From Candidatus Poseidoniaceae archaeon (GTDB lineage: Archaea > Thermoplasmatota > Poseidoniia > Poseidoniales > Poseidoniaceae), in contig JBMYVD010000001.1 in NCBI GenBank assembly GCA_049606035.1, forward strand, positions 34,244 to 98,243: 64,000 nucleotides of DNA. Direction: 5' to 3'. Shown in pieces: positions 1 through 10,077 of this stretch (its first letter is position 1; every line of letters starts with the position of its first letter). The notes below the pieces were generated by a model, which made no database searches, was not told the DNA's origin, and saw only the letters and a list, made by a program, of their open reading frames with translations. The translations under genes were made by a program, and so were the position numbers.

Positions 1-69
1 GCCCGAGTATAGGCCAAGCTAACCCACAAACCCTTCCAAACCATGCGCTAATGTTCCCCTTCTTGAATG

Positions 70-486
70 TCACCCAAGAAGGAGGTAGGAACCATCACGC
101 TGTCGAATCAATAATCCTTGACTGACTGCTTCTTCAGCTACATCTTCTGCTTGAACAGAAATCCCCTTTCCTCGCAGGGCTCCTGCAAGCCTGTCAAGAT
201 GAACTACGTCCTCGATTGCAGCGATTCTAATACATGCAAATAATTGGCTTGCACTAGGATTTTCATTTACTTCAACTGCTTTAGGAAGTTTTTCTTCCAT
301 TTCCTTGCGAAGTTTCTCGGGCATGTTTGCGATTGCTACTTCTCTTTGCAATTCGGCGGCAGTATCCGCAGTAGAGACTATTTGGACATCGTCACCAACT
401 TGAGTACCACAGTGGGGACATTTGCGCGTCTTTCCGCTGACACCCCAGCAGCGCTGACAAGATGGACAGCGCACTACTGTGTACAA
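70..486 (-). CDS. Archaeal zinc-ribbon protein (DUF1922/DUF5817-like) with possible C-terminal winged helix
   Basis: N-terminal CPSC...CPHC zinc ribbon right after MYTVVR; 138 aa; co-oriented with the upstream gene at a 9-bp gap. Confidence 0.6.
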   Translation of the reverse strand: MYTVVRCPSCQRCWGVSGKTRKCPHCGTQVGDDVQIVSTADTAAELQREVAIANMPEKLRKEMEEKLPKAVEVNENPSASQLFACIRIAAIEDVVHLDRLAGALRGKGISVQAEDVAEEAVSQGLLIRQRDGSYLLLG

Positions 487-495
487 ATTCTCGCC

Positions 496-1176
496 TCACA
501 GAGAGAAGTCTGGTCTGTCATTGTTGCGTTTAGGACCACCAGGACGCATAGCCGGTGCTGCTGGTGCTTTCGTATCGACACGCTTTGCAGCAGATGCCAT
601 AGCATCCGAAGCCTGCCGTGTTAGTCCAGCACGTACTCTTCCGACGTTTCCTCCACCGGACAACTTCAATGATTCTGGCAATATCAAAGCCGCCATAGCT
701 ACACCAAAGTGGTCTTGTGCAGCGGTAACTTCGTCAACGGCTACATCAAAGGATACAACCTCTAAATCTCTACTCGCTAGTCTGCGTTGAAGGTTTCTCT
801 TGAGTAGTGCTTCGGTCTCTTCGTAATCCAACTCGGTTGTAATCTTTGCAACGATTGCACATTCTTCACCTTCAGGTGTCCTACATGCTGCCCATGCTAC
901 ACCTGCACAAGCTGATCCCCCATTGTATGCATAAGAGGTTGCTAAATGACATTCAACCAGTGAACCCATTGGTAGTGGCTTCGGGGGAGTTGCTTCGAAT
1001 CCCATAGGAAGAAATGCTCCCTGAACTTCGATTAGCCTAGAGTCTCCAAGACCCATCTCGACCAAACCTTGGTCGTAAGCATCTTCTGCATTCTCTCCCC
1101 ATGATGCAACTGCAGTCATTAACCAACCAGGACAACTCCCCGCTGGAGAGTTTGGAGCATTTCCGGAACCGAACAT
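496..1176 (-). CDS. Pyruvoyl-dependent arginine decarboxylase (PdaD)-like protein, cleavage site degenerate
   Basis: GENAEDAYDQGLVEMGLGDSRLIEVQGAFLP follows the PdaD pattern (G.G..ELNAFD.AL..AGIG..NL..VSSILP), but the Ser-Ser site is replaced by QG. Confidence 0.6.
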   Translation of the reverse strand: MFGSGNAPNSPAGSCPGWLMTAVASWGENAEDAYDQGLVEMGLGDSRLIEVQGAFLPMGFEATPPKPLPMGSLVECHLATSYAYNGGSACAGVAWAACRTPEGEECAIVAKITTELDYEETEALLKRNLQRRLASRDLEVVSFDVAVDEVTAAQDHFGVAMAALILPESLKLSGGGNVGRVRAGLTRQASDAMASAAKRVDTKAPAAPAMRPGGPKRNNDRPDFSL

Positions 1177-1229
1177 ATTGCAAGCGACATAGGATTAGGT
1201 TCATCAAGTGCTTGGTCTGAGTTTATTGT

Positions 1230-1517
1230 ATGACCGGCAATTCGAGGTTCATCCTATTGCTCGGTGCATCTCTGCTCGTTGTCGCATTTGCCGGCATGTC
1301 AACCGTAAGTGGAGAAGGGTGGGTCATTCCAATGGCGACATTGCTATCTGGAATTTTGCTTATTCTTGTTTTTTCGGCCATAACAATCAAACAAGAATCT
1401 GAGAGGGGAAGTACACCATTGTCAACGCAATCACAATCTCAAGGGAAAAGTGTGGACACTGTGGCTGATGATTTACCTGACCCTGTTGAATCCGGGTTTG
1501 ATTTACCAATTCTCTGA
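1230..1517 (+). CDS. Small membrane protein, two TM helices
   Basis: Two hydrophobic stretches, acidic tail ending LPDPVESGFDLPIL; fills the gap between flanking genes. Confidence 0.65.
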   Translation: MTGNSRFILLLGASLLVVAFAGMSTVSGEGWVIPMATLLSGILLILVFSAITIKQESERGSTPLSTQSQSQGKSVDTVADDLPDPVESGFDLPIL

Positions 1518-2129
1518 TTATTCAGATAGGTCTTCACTGTTGAATACTGGAGGCTCGGGATTTTGGGGTAATTCACTCAATTCCTCAGGGCTGAGTTCTC
1601 TAAGAGTTGCATCTTCGTGAATAATTTGTGAATGTCCGTTTGGATCTAACAACTCAAGAGTAACAGAATTGGGAATTGGGTCTTCCTTTAACTCTAGCAA
1701 TGTCGTATGCATTTCTTGGAGTCTTTTTATGTCGGACATTTCACTATCCTCTACGTAGGCCTGCCTTGTTACCATAATGATTACATCCATGAATCTGTCA
1801 ATAACACCTTCAACATTTGAAACATAACCGGTTGATGCACTACCAGGATTTACTTCCAAATCTAATTCAACCAATCTCACTGTACAAGATGACGATCGAA
1901 TTACTCTAGCTCGCATGTGTTCGGGCTTGCTGATAACAATGGTGGAAGCACCGGGCTTCTTGCCTTCTGCAGGAATGAAATCTGTTTGTCTCCATCCGCA
2001 TGCATTGCACAGAACCGTGACTTGAGTGTGCTCACCAAAATACGGTATTTCATCGACGTGTGTCATCATTGCAACTTTGCCTTCAACTTTGCAAATTGGA
2101 CATGGAATTTCAACCGGGACCTCTTGCAT
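1518..2129 (-). CDS. ZPR1-type zinc finger protein
   Basis: CPIC...IPYFGE...CNACGWR, RVIRSS, GYVSNVEG and DPNGHS motifs typical of archaeal ZPR1. Confidence 0.9.
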   Translation of the reverse strand: MQEVPVEIPCPICKVEGKVAMMTHVDEIPYFGEHTQVTVLCNACGWRQTDFIPAEGKKPGASTIVISKPEHMRARVIRSSSCTVRLVELDLEVNPGSASTGYVSNVEGVIDRFMDVIIMVTRQAYVEDSEMSDIKRLQEMHTTLLELKEDPIPNSVTLELLDPNGHSQIIHEDATLRELSPEELSELPQNPEPPVFNSEDLSE

Positions 2130-2137
2130 ATTTTCAC

Positions 2138-2602
2138 CTACCTTAGGTCTGAATTATCGACACTGAACGCTTCTGCATCCACTCCTCTAACGCCTCGACA
2201 TCCAGGGGGCAACAACATCAATCTGCTATTGGTAAGCCTGATGATTTGGCCACCTAAATCAGATTCAACAAATTTGTTTAGTCGCTCAATAGCGGTTTGA
2301 AGTTCTAATTCACGAGTCATCAACTTCTCCATTCTCACAATTGCCGCTTCACCATCCGCTAACCAATCAAGCAATTGTGGAACTCCGGTCAAATCATGCA
2401 AAACTGCGCGATGAATAACTAGCCCGTCGGCTACCTTTGGAACCGGAGCATTGGGATACAATTTCTCCATGTCGTGATAACGGTTTGAGTTTGTATTGTT
2501 TGGTGTGCGGATATCGGGCTCCTGAGAAGGTAAATTCAATGGACGTGGTGCTGAACCATCGAATGAATCGAGCGAAGTCTGCTTGTCTCCTTCCTCGCTC
2601 AT
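2138..2602 (-). CDS. sepF: Cell division protein SepF-like
   Basis: C-terminal LLDWLADGEAAIVRM...AIERL...LGGQIIRL...LLPPG matches the archaeal SepF pattern; sepF next to ZPR1 is a common euryarchaeal arrangement; start moved to MSEEGD (2602) to avoid overlap with psmB. Confidence 0.7.
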   Translation of the reverse strand: MSEEGDKQTSLDSFDGSAPRPLNLPSQEPDIRTPNNTNSNRYHDMEKLYPNAPVPKVADGLVIHRAVLHDLTGVPQLLDWLADGEAAIVRMEKLMTRELELQTAIERLNKFVESDLGGQIIRLTNSRLMLLPPGCRGVRGVDAEAFSVDNSDLR

Positions 2603-2694
2603 GAACTGCATGGAATGACGGTTGGTTGATAAGGGTCCCGCGAATCGAGGGTATTGTCCCGACTGGTTTGACGGGCTCCTATCGAGGTGAGAAT

Positions 2695-3318
2695 GTGAAC
2701 GAAGCTCCAGGCGCAGTAAAAACAGGAACAAGTACAGTAGGTATCACTTTCAAGGGCGGAGTCGTTGTTGGTGCTGACCACCGAGCAACCATGGGCCACT
2801 TCGTTGCAAACAAGAGTGTTCAGAAACTCTTCAAAATCGGTGACAACCTAGCTCTAACAACCGCTGGTCTTGTCGGCCACGCACAATCTTTGGCAAGAAC
2901 ACTAGCTGCTGAAGTTTCACTATTCGAGTTGAGGAGAGGCGACGCAATGACCGTTAGAGGCGCTGCTACTCTTACTGCAAACATTCTCTCCGGCAGACCA
3001 CACTGGGTGCAACTCCTCATTGTTGGAGTTGACAGTGAAGGTGGTTCTGTTTATTCAATCGATTCTGCAGGAGGATCAATTCCTGATTCATATTGTGCAA
3101 CCGGTTCCGGTTCGCCTTACATGTACGGTGTATTAGAAGATGGTTTCAGCGAGAATATGTCTAGAGACGCCGCTGTTGCACTAGCAGCAAGGGCACTATC
3201 AGCATCCGCTCAACGTGATGCTGCATCCGGAAACGGAATGGACCTTGCCGTAATCACTGCAAAAGATGGCTACACTCCTGTAGACCAGAAAGAGATCGCA
3301 GCCATACTCAAGAAGTAG
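2695..3318 (+). CDS. psmB: Proteasome subunit beta
   Basis: Propeptide KTG followed by TSTVG (catalytic Thr1), ADHRAT, ATGSGS, RDAASG; GTG start at 2695 after a GAGGTGA Shine-Dalgarno. Confidence 0.95.
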   Translation: MNEAPGAVKTGTSTVGITFKGGVVVGADHRATMGHFVANKSVQKLFKIGDNLALTTAGLVGHAQSLARTLAAEVSLFELRRGDAMTVRGAATLTANILSGRPHWVQLLIVGVDSEGGSVYSIDSAGGSIPDSYCATGSGSPYMYGVLEDGFSENMSRDAAVALAARALSASAQRDAASGNGMDLAVITAKDGYTPVDQKEIAAILKK

Positions 3319-3387
3319 GCATCATACTCCACTCACGGGTTAGTCTCGTGGCCCCATTCTGGGGTTCACCATGTCAATCAGTGAGCG

Positions 3388-3395
3388 GGAGGTGA
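3388..3395 (+). promoter_or_regulatory. Strong Shine-Dalgarno (GGAGGTGA) for aCPSF1
   Basis: Perfect archaeal anti-16S match 6 nt upstream of ATG 3402. Confidence 0.75.
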
Positions 3396-3401
3396 AGAAT
3401 C

Positions 3402-5306
3402 ATGAGACTTAGTTTCAAAGAAATGAAGGATGCGATAGCAAAAATTGTTCCCAAGGACATCCAGTACGATGTTGATTTGGAAGCAGGAGACATCTCCATT
3501 GTTACTACAACCCCTGATGCGTTTGGCGGAGGAGATGGACTAGTTGGAAAAATCGCTAAGAAAATCAAGCGAAGAATCGTACTCAGGCCTCACGAATCGA
3601 TCATGAAAGGTGAGGCTGAAACAGAGGAGTTTATTCGAGATTTAATCGAAGACGTCGCTGGAATAGACTCGATTTATTTCGATTCTTGTTACTGTGAAGT
3701 AACTGTAATCTGTAACAACCCTGGTGAGGCAGTTGGTAGAAGAGGGGCAAACGCAAAAGCAATTCGTGATGAATGCGGTTGGCTGGTCAAATTTGAGAGA
3801 ACACCACCAATTTATTCCAAAACAATGCATGACATCAGAGGATATAGAGCGTCACACGCCAAGGAAAGAAGGAAACTCCTCAAGGACTTTGGATTGAATA
3901 TTTACAGGCCAAAAAGACCAGGCTCGTTTTGGGTAAGAACCACTGCATTGGGTTCATACAGAGAAGTAGGCCGTGCATGCCACCTAGTTACTTCAAACGA
4001 AAGTAGAGTCATGATAGACGTTGGTGTAAACATCGCATCTGATACAGACCCAATGCCTTACTTTACTGCTCCAGAGGCACTACCGATGGAGAAAATGGAT
4101 GCTGTCATCTTAACTCACGCACACTTAGACCATGCCGGAATGTTACCAGTTCTATTCAGATATGGCTACAGGGGGCCTGTCTACTGTACTCCTCCAACCA
4201 GAGACATGATGTTACTGCTTCAATCCGACTACCTCAAAGTTGGCGGTTCTGAAGGAAAGAGAGCACCTTACGATATGGAAGACATTCGAACTTGTATGAG
4301 GCACGTTATCGATGTTGATTGGGGACAGACAGTTGATATCGCACCCGATATGAAATTGACATTCCATAACGCAGGACACATTCTTGGTTCTTCATCCGTC
4401 CACTTACACGTTGGCGACGGTAAGCACAACATCGTATTCTCTGGCGACCAAAAATATGAGAAATCATGGCTATTTGATGCAGCTAACACAAGATTCCCAA
4501 GATGTGAGACACTTGTTATCGAATCAACTTACGGTGCATCTGGTGATTTCCAACCGAGCAGAGAAGAAGCGACCCAAGAACTCCAGGATATTGTTAGCCG
4601 AACTATCAAGCGTGGTGGAAAGTTGATATGTCCTGTTTTCGCAGTTGGGCGGTCACAGGAGGTTATGATAGCAATTGATGAATTATTCAGATCTGGTGCC
4701 ATAAAACCTGTACCAGTTTATCTTGATGGAATGATTCAAGAAGCCACAGCGATTCATTCTTCACACCCCAATTACCTTACTCAAGCACTCAGGAAGAGTC
4801 TCTTGAAAGACGATGGAAATAATCCATTCACTAGTGAGTGGTTCCGTCCAGTTCAAGGCAGAGAGATGAGAGAATCGATTGTAATGGATGGAAGCCCATG
4901 TATCGTCTTAGCAACTAGCGGTATGATGAATGGAGGTCCGGTAATGAACTACTTCCAAAACTGGGCACACGAACCAAGAAACTCTCTTTGCTTCGTGGGT
5001 TACCAAGCTGAAGGAACACTTGGGCGAAGACTGCAGAAAGGTTTCAGTGAAGTACCAATGGTAATCAATGGACAGACAGAGATCGTGAAAATAGGTTGCG
5101 AGATGGCAACAATCGATGGATTCAGTGGTCACTCCGACAGAAGGCAGCTGCTGGAATTCATTGAGAATATGAGTCCAAGACCAAAGAATGTTATTTGTCA
5201 TCATGGTGACTACTTCAAATGCAACGAACTTGGAAGAACCCTAAGAGAGAAATTCAAGGTGAGAACATACGCTCCTCAGAATCTTGAAACGATCAGATTA
5301 TCCTGA
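3402..5306 (+). CDS. fttA: beta-CASP ribonuclease aCPSF1 / transcription termination factor FttA
   Basis: N-terminal KH domains, HAHLDH, AGHILGS, ESTYG, GYQAEGTLGR, GFSGHSD; conserved psmB-aCPSF1 synteny; 634 aa. Confidence 0.95.
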   Translation: MRLSFKEMKDAIAKIVPKDIQYDVDLEAGDISIVTTTPDAFGGGDGLVGKIAKKIKRRIVLRPHESIMKGEAETEEFIRDLIEDVAGIDSIYFDSCYCEVTVICNNPGEAVGRRGANAKAIRDECGWLVKFERTPPIYSKTMHDIRGYRASHAKERRKLLKDFGLNIYRPKRPGSFWVRTTALGSYREVGRACHLVTSNESRVMIDVGVNIASDTDPMPYFTAPEALPMEKMDAVILTHAHLDHAGMLPVLFRYGYRGPVYCTPPTRDMMLLLQSDYLKVGGSEGKRAPYDMEDIRTCMRHVIDVDWGQTVDIAPDMKLTFHNAGHILGSSSVHLHVGDGKHNIVFSGDQKYEKSWLFDAANTRFPRCETLVIESTYGASGDFQPSREEATQELQDIVSRTIKRGGKLICPVFAVGRSQEVMIAIDELFRSGAIKPVPVYLDGMIQEATAIHSSHPNYLTQALRKSLLKDDGNNPFTSEWFRPVQGREMRESIVMDGSPCIVLATSGMMNGGPVMNYFQNWAHEPRNSLCFVGYQAEGTLGRRLQKGFSEVPMVINGQTEIVKIGCEMATIDGFSGHSDRRQLLEFIENMSPRPKNVICHHGDYFKCNELGRTLREKFKVRTYAPQNLETIRLS

Positions 5307-6683
5307 TTATTCAAAGAACCGCTCCACCAAGTGAGCGGTTTCATCGCGCTTTTCAGCAAGATTCGAAAGCCAATCAGTTGCTCTTTCAATACACATCTGC
5401 TTCATTTCACCAGCAAGTATTTTTCCTGCTCTGTAGTCTTGGTTTATCTCTTCTAGGAATCCATCATCCTCTTCGAAGAAATACATCATGTATTGGTAAG
5501 CTACGTCTTTATCTGGGTCTCCGCCTAGTCTTCGATGCTCTTCGATTGTTGATTGACCGCCTGAAAATGATTTTTTAATTTTCTTTTCTGCTGTCGCAAT
5601 ATCATCAGACAAGAAGAGAGTGGTCTTAGGCTTCGAAGATGACATCTTGTCGCCTGTCATTCCAACTGCAAATCGATGGTATGTGCTTGATGGAGCAAGA
5701 AGACCCATCCCCCCCATACTTCGCTCAAGAGATAAAAGTGCCATTCTGATAGGCCCTTTATCCTTAGAAGTAGCACTGGGAATGTTTACAGTACCATGTT
5801 TGGGATTTGACATTATATCTGAATAACCTAGTCCTTGTATGGCTGATACTATCTTGGAAAATACTTCTTTCTGCCTTTCTTTATTCACTCGACCGCTTGG
5901 CTCAACTCCCATGGTCAAGGAGTTGTCCTCTTGAATTGACACGCCGACTTGAAGTCCCATTTTCGCATCACTTACATTGAACCAGTTTGTTTTGGATGCT
6001 AGTCCTCTAGTTAATCTTAGATGTGGATCTTGGTCGATTCCGACAGGTACTACAATTGGGCGTAGTCCACCGTATTCATCTAACTGAGGATGTAAAATGT
6101 CGCCAGCTTGGACCAGTGGTGCTTGCACGTGAGCAAGATTGGTCGAACCATCAAATCCGTATATCGCTTCTAATTCACTCAGGTTAGTTCTCTTACCTAA
6201 CTGAAAACCTAATTTTTGAACGACACTTCTCTCAGATTGGAAATAAACTGTGGTTTTTTCCGGGTCAAGACCTAATGCAGCATAGTTTGCCACATACTCC
6301 TCAGCTGCAATTTTCTTTCCTTCGGAAAGTGAAATACCTCTAGTTGCGGTCGATTCAAGGTCTGCAACTGCAATTGTAACGTCACCGCCCTGCTGCTGGA
6401 ACCAATTTACTTGGTCGATGACCATCGAATGCCCAAGGTGCATCCTACCAGATGGCATCAGGCCAGTAAGAACTCCGAATGGATCCCCTGATTTTTTTGC
6501 GTTCAATACCATATCAAGGTCTCTGTGTGCAAAGACAACACCTCTGCGGTGTAGCCTTGAAGGCGAATTTAAGGAGACTCCTTCCATCGAAGAAAGACCG
6601 AATTTTTCGATTATCCTGGAGTAATCTGTTGATTGAGATGAACCCCATGGATCGATACTAACTTCGTCATCCATCAGCATCAC
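5307..6683 (-). CDS. trpS: Tryptophan--tRNA ligase
   Basis: TGLMPSGRMHLGH (HIGH), VPVGIDQDPH, KMSSS, GG...EHRRLGG. Confidence 0.95.
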   Translation of the reverse strand: MMLMDDEVSIDPWGSSQSTDYSRIIEKFGLSSMEGVSLNSPSRLHRRGVVFAHRDLDMVLNAKKSGDPFGVLTGLMPSGRMHLGHSMVIDQVNWFQQQGGDVTIAVADLESTATRGISLSEGKKIAAEEYVANYAALGLDPEKTTVYFQSERSVVQKLGFQLGKRTNLSELEAIYGFDGSTNLAHVQAPLVQAGDILHPQLDEYGGLRPIVVPVGIDQDPHLRLTRGLASKTNWFNVSDAKMGLQVGVSIQEDNSLTMGVEPSGRVNKERQKEVFSKIVSAIQGLGYSDIMSNPKHGTVNIPSATSKDKGPIRMALLSLERSMGGMGLLAPSSTYHRFAVGMTGDKMSSSKPKTTLFLSDDIATAEKKIKKSFSGGQSTIEEHRRLGGDPDKDVAYQYMMYFFEEDDGFLEEINQDYRAGKILAGEMKQMCIERATDWLSNLAEKRDETAHLVERFFE

Positions 6684-7860
6684 CGCTTTCGCCTTTAGGC
6701 ATCAACTCTTCGGCTTTTGAATATGCTAAGGCGTCTTTCTTCAAAACAAGCCAAATTCCCGAGACACTCAGAATTAATACTCCAACACCAACATATGGGA
6801 GCCACTCTAGACCCTCTTCAAGCCCTCTGGGTGTAAGTAACCAAGTGAACTTTAGGAATTCATGGTCGTCAAACCTCTTTGACCAAAGGAATAAGTCGGT
6901 TGTAGAATGACCTCCAATGGTCAATGCTGAAGTTTTGTTATTGAAGAATTGAGTTCTACCCGTTATGTCGTATTCAACCTCTTCACTTAGATTAAACTCT
7001 ACAGCATTGCCTGCTTGTACGCTGATATATAGAATTGAACCTTCTTGCCTCCAACCTTCTTTTGTGTTACGTTCATCAACTCCTAACGGAGGCAAATTCG
7101 AATCCAAGACAGTTGCATCAGAGATATTTGCAATCCAAGTTATTGGAACGTTCCATGCATTTGTTGCTGATCTGCAAGCCACAGAGTCGATTGGCTCAAA
7201 ATGAAGAACTGAATTCTCAAGTGAATGATTGAAACTGTTACACCGTTCTACAGCCCAGTAGGAGTATGCTTCACCCCATGTTGTGAACCAAGTATCATCC
7301 CTTTCAGATAACATTTCGACTACTTCCGAGTCGTGTCTAACCGTAGCATCGTGAATCCTTCCAACCCAGTACATGTTTACAAGGCCACCAGAATCTAATT
7401 CTGACTCTAGTAAGGAAATTTCTGCAATTCCCTTCTCTAGCGAACCTCCTCTCCGTCCCAAGTCGAACCAATCATATTCACGCTCTGGTACGTTTTCTGC
7501 ACTATGCCAAGCAGTTGCAGATTGGCCGGTTTCATCCCCGTGTACGCTGAACCCCTGGTTCGAAATAACCGTGTGTTGAGCTGCTGTCAAATCACTTGGA
7601 GTGTAGGTAGAAATCGGGCTACTGCCCCACTTCGAGGCATCGATTCTATCCTCAACATATTCGCGACATTCTAGAGCAACCGCTCCTGGGTCTGCCTTCC
7701 ACGCCAAATTTGGCATGCCGTAGCACCCGAATTCATCACCTTTCTCTAGACGCTCTTCGCCAATGGTTGCAAGCCATCCATCCTCTTCCCATTGAACGTC
7801 CGCAAGTACGGATGGTGCGAAAGTTGCGGACAGCAACATCGCAAGTACGACCAGACGCAT
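6667..7860 (-). CDS. Hypothetical exported protein with C-terminal membrane anchor
   Basis: Signal peptide MRLVVLAMLLSATFAPSVLA, acidic body, C-terminal TM helix followed by KK. Confidence 0.7.
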   Translation of the reverse strand: MRLVVLAMLLSATFAPSVLADVQWEEDGWLATIGEERLEKGDEFGCYGMPNLAWKADPGAVALECREYVEDRIDASKWGSSPISTYTPSDLTAAQHTVISNQGFSVHGDETGQSATAWHSAENVPEREYDWFDLGRRGGSLEKGIAEISLLESELDSGGLVNMYWVGRIHDATVRHDSEVVEMLSERDDTWFTTWGEAYSYWAVERCNSFNHSLENSVLHFEPIDSVACRSATNAWNVPITWIANISDATVLDSNLPPLGVDERNTKEGWRQEGSILYISVQAGNAVEFNLSEEVEYDITGRTQFFNNKTSALTIGGHSTTDLFLWSKRFDDHEFLKFTWLLTPRGLEEGLEWLPYVGVGVLILSVSGIWLVLKKDALAYSKAEELMPKGESGDADG

Positions 7861-7946
7861 GTGGTGAGGCCTGCGTAGGGCCCATTTCAGCATTACCTCA
7901 TTCTGATATTAGGCAAGCATCAAAGGTTAGTAGTTTCAGGAAGTAA

Positions 7947-8714
7947 ATGATGAGCGACCTCAAAGAGGCGTGGATGGCTTTGGAAAGCCACTGGAAAATC
8001 ACTCCTAAGGATGCTAGGATTACTGGCGATGCATCCTATGGATTCATGCGATGGACATTGGCTCCATTCTTCCGAATGATCCTAAGAGTGAAAATCAGAG
8101 GGATAGGAAATGTTCCAAAGTCGGGCCCAACGATTCTCGCTGCTAATCACCTCTCACATGTTGACCCTTTGGTTGTAATCCTTGCTTCCAGAAGGAGAAC
8201 ACACTATCTAGCAAAAGATGGACATTTTCGCAATGTTGCTCTAAGAACTTTCATGAGGGCAACAGGACAAATCGAAACAAATAGGGAAACAGGTGGTGCT
8301 GATGCTTTGTCCAGTGCAGCTGTCGTGCTGCATGCAAACAGAGCATTGGGCATATTCCCCGAAGGTACACGCTCAAAGAAGACTGAGCCACCATTCCTTT
8401 TGCCGGGAAAAACAGGAATCGCTAGACTCGCTGCATCATATCCCGATGTTCCAGTTGTCCCGATTGGCCTTACAGGAACTAGGGAATTCATGACCCCTAA
8501 CAAGCATAAATTGCCTCGCCTCTGGAAAAAGGTTGGAATTTCATATGGAAAGCCCATTACTTGGTGGGAGTGGTTAGAGAAAAGAACCTCAATTGAAGAC
8601 TTGCAAGCACTTGCTCACAAAGAAGACTACGAGGTTAAATCATCACTATCGGCGATGTATCGAGAGTTTACTGATGAATTCATGGAGAGAATAAAAGGCC
8701 AAGGTGCTCCGTGA
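7947..8714 (+). CDS. plsC: 1-acyl-sn-glycerol-3-phosphate acyltransferase (PlsC family)
   Basis: NHLSHVD (NHx4D) and FPEGTRS motifs. Confidence 0.85.
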   Translation: MMSDLKEAWMALESHWKITPKDARITGDASYGFMRWTLAPFFRMILRVKIRGIGNVPKSGPTILAANHLSHVDPLVVILASRRRTHYLAKDGHFRNVALRTFMRATGQIETNRETGGADALSSAAVVLHANRALGIFPEGTRSKKTEPPFLLPGKTGIARLAASYPDVPVVPIGLTGTREFMTPNKHKLPRLWKKVGISYGKPITWWEWLEKRTSIEDLQALAHKEDYEVKSSLSAMYREFTDEFMERIKGQGAP

Positions 8715-8750
8715 AAATCCTCAAAGGCCTTCATACTAGGTCGATAGCCA

Positions 8751-9548
8751 ATGCAGGAGTATCTCGACTTGATGCAGCGTATCCTTGACGAGGGCGAGGA
8801 GAAAGGAGATAGGACTGGCACGGGTACATTATCCGTATTTGGACATCAAATGCGCTTTGATTTATCCAAGGGATTTCCTATGGTCACAACCAAGAAATTG
8901 CATCTGAAATCAATCGTTCACGAACTGCTCTGGTTCCTTGCAGGAGATACAAATATCGCCTATCTCCAAGAAAACGGAGTAAGAATTTGGAACGAGTGGG
9001 CTGATGAAAATGGCGACTTAGGTCCTGTTTATGGCAAGCAATGGCGGAAATGGGAAACTAAAGATGGAAAGGTAATCGACCAAGTTCAGCAGGCTATTGA
9101 GATGATCAAAACCAATCCTAATTCTCGCAGAATTATCGTAAGTGCATGGAACGTTGGAGAACTCGAAGAAATGGCTCTAATGCCCTGTCATGCATTCTTC
9201 CAATTCCACGTAGCCAATGGCAAACTCAACTGCCAATTATACCAGAGAAGTGCAGATGTCTTCTTGGGTGTACCTTTCAACATTGCATCCTACGCATTAC
9301 TCACCCACATGATGGCACAAGTTTGTGGATTGAAAGCTGGAACATTTGTACATACACTAGGAGATGCGCATCTTTACATGAATCATCTAGAGCAAGCAAA
9401 ATTACAACTCACTAGAACCCCTATTGAACCTCTTCCTCAACTCAAATTAAATCCAGATATTACAAACATCGATGACTTCACATACGACGATATAGAAGTT
9501 ATTGGATACGAGCACCATCCTCACATAAAGGCCCCAATCGCAGTGTGA
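8751..9548 (+). CDS. thyA: Thymidylate synthase (bacterial ThyA type)
   Basis: [44 protein letters not shown]. Confidence 0.98.
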   Translation: MQEYLDLMQRILDEGEEKGDRTGTGTLSVFGHQMRFDLSKGFPMVTTKKLHLKSIVHELLWFLAGDTNIAYLQENGVRIWNEWADENGDLGPVYGKQWRKWETKDGKVIDQVQQAIEMIKTNPNSRRIIVSAWNVGELEEMALMPCHAFFQFHVANGKLNCQLYQRSADVFLGVPFNIASYALLTHMMAQVCGLKAGTFVHTLGDAHLYMNHLEQAKLQLTRTPIEPLPQLKLNPDITNIDDFTYDDIEVIGYEHHPHIKAPIAV

Positions 9549-9552
9549 TATT

Positions 9553-10011
9553 ATGCTGGGAATGATTGTTGCCTGTGACAGAAATGGTGCCATTGGCAAA
9601 GATGGAGATTTGCCTTGGCGACAGTCTACCGACTTGCAACATTTCAAACGAGTCACTATGGATTCAACAATTATCATGGGAAGAAAGACCTGGGACTCAT
9701 TACCCGGATTATTGCCTGGCAGAAGGCATGTCGTGCTATCAAGGGGCGAAGTCGAAGGTGTAGAGGTAGTATCATTTGACCAAGCAATGAAAATGGAAGG
9801 ATGGATTATTGGCGGCGGCCAAATTTACGAACTATTCCTTCCACATGTAAACCAATTACATCGAACCATTATAGATACTAGAGTGGACGGTGCCGACACA
9901 CACTTTCCTGATATCACGGGCATGGGTTTCAAATTAAATGAAGAGAGACATGTTTCTGCAGGCGAAAAAGACCAACACGACATGATATTCCAGCATTGGA
10001 TTAGAGAGTAA
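9553..10011 (+). CDS. folA: Dihydrofolate reductase
   Basis: IGKDGDLPW, MGRKTWDSL, LPGRRHVVLS, IGGGQIY, DTHFP; directly follows thyA. Confidence 0.95.
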   Translation: MLGMIVACDRNGAIGKDGDLPWRQSTDLQHFKRVTMDSTIIMGRKTWDSLPGLLPGRRHVVLSRGEVEGVEVVSFDQAMKMEGWIIGGGQIYELFLPHVNQLHRTIIDTRVDGADTHFPDITGMGFKLNEERHVSAGEKDQHDMIFQHWIRE

Positions 10012-10077
10012 TATTCACTTCATGGTGGTAGAATAGAGTAAGATAGTTTCAAGTATCTGTTGAAAGGACAACGACAC

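Noticed and set aside
1..69. Possible start of a minus-strand gene at the window edge
   Set aside because: Too little sequence to call
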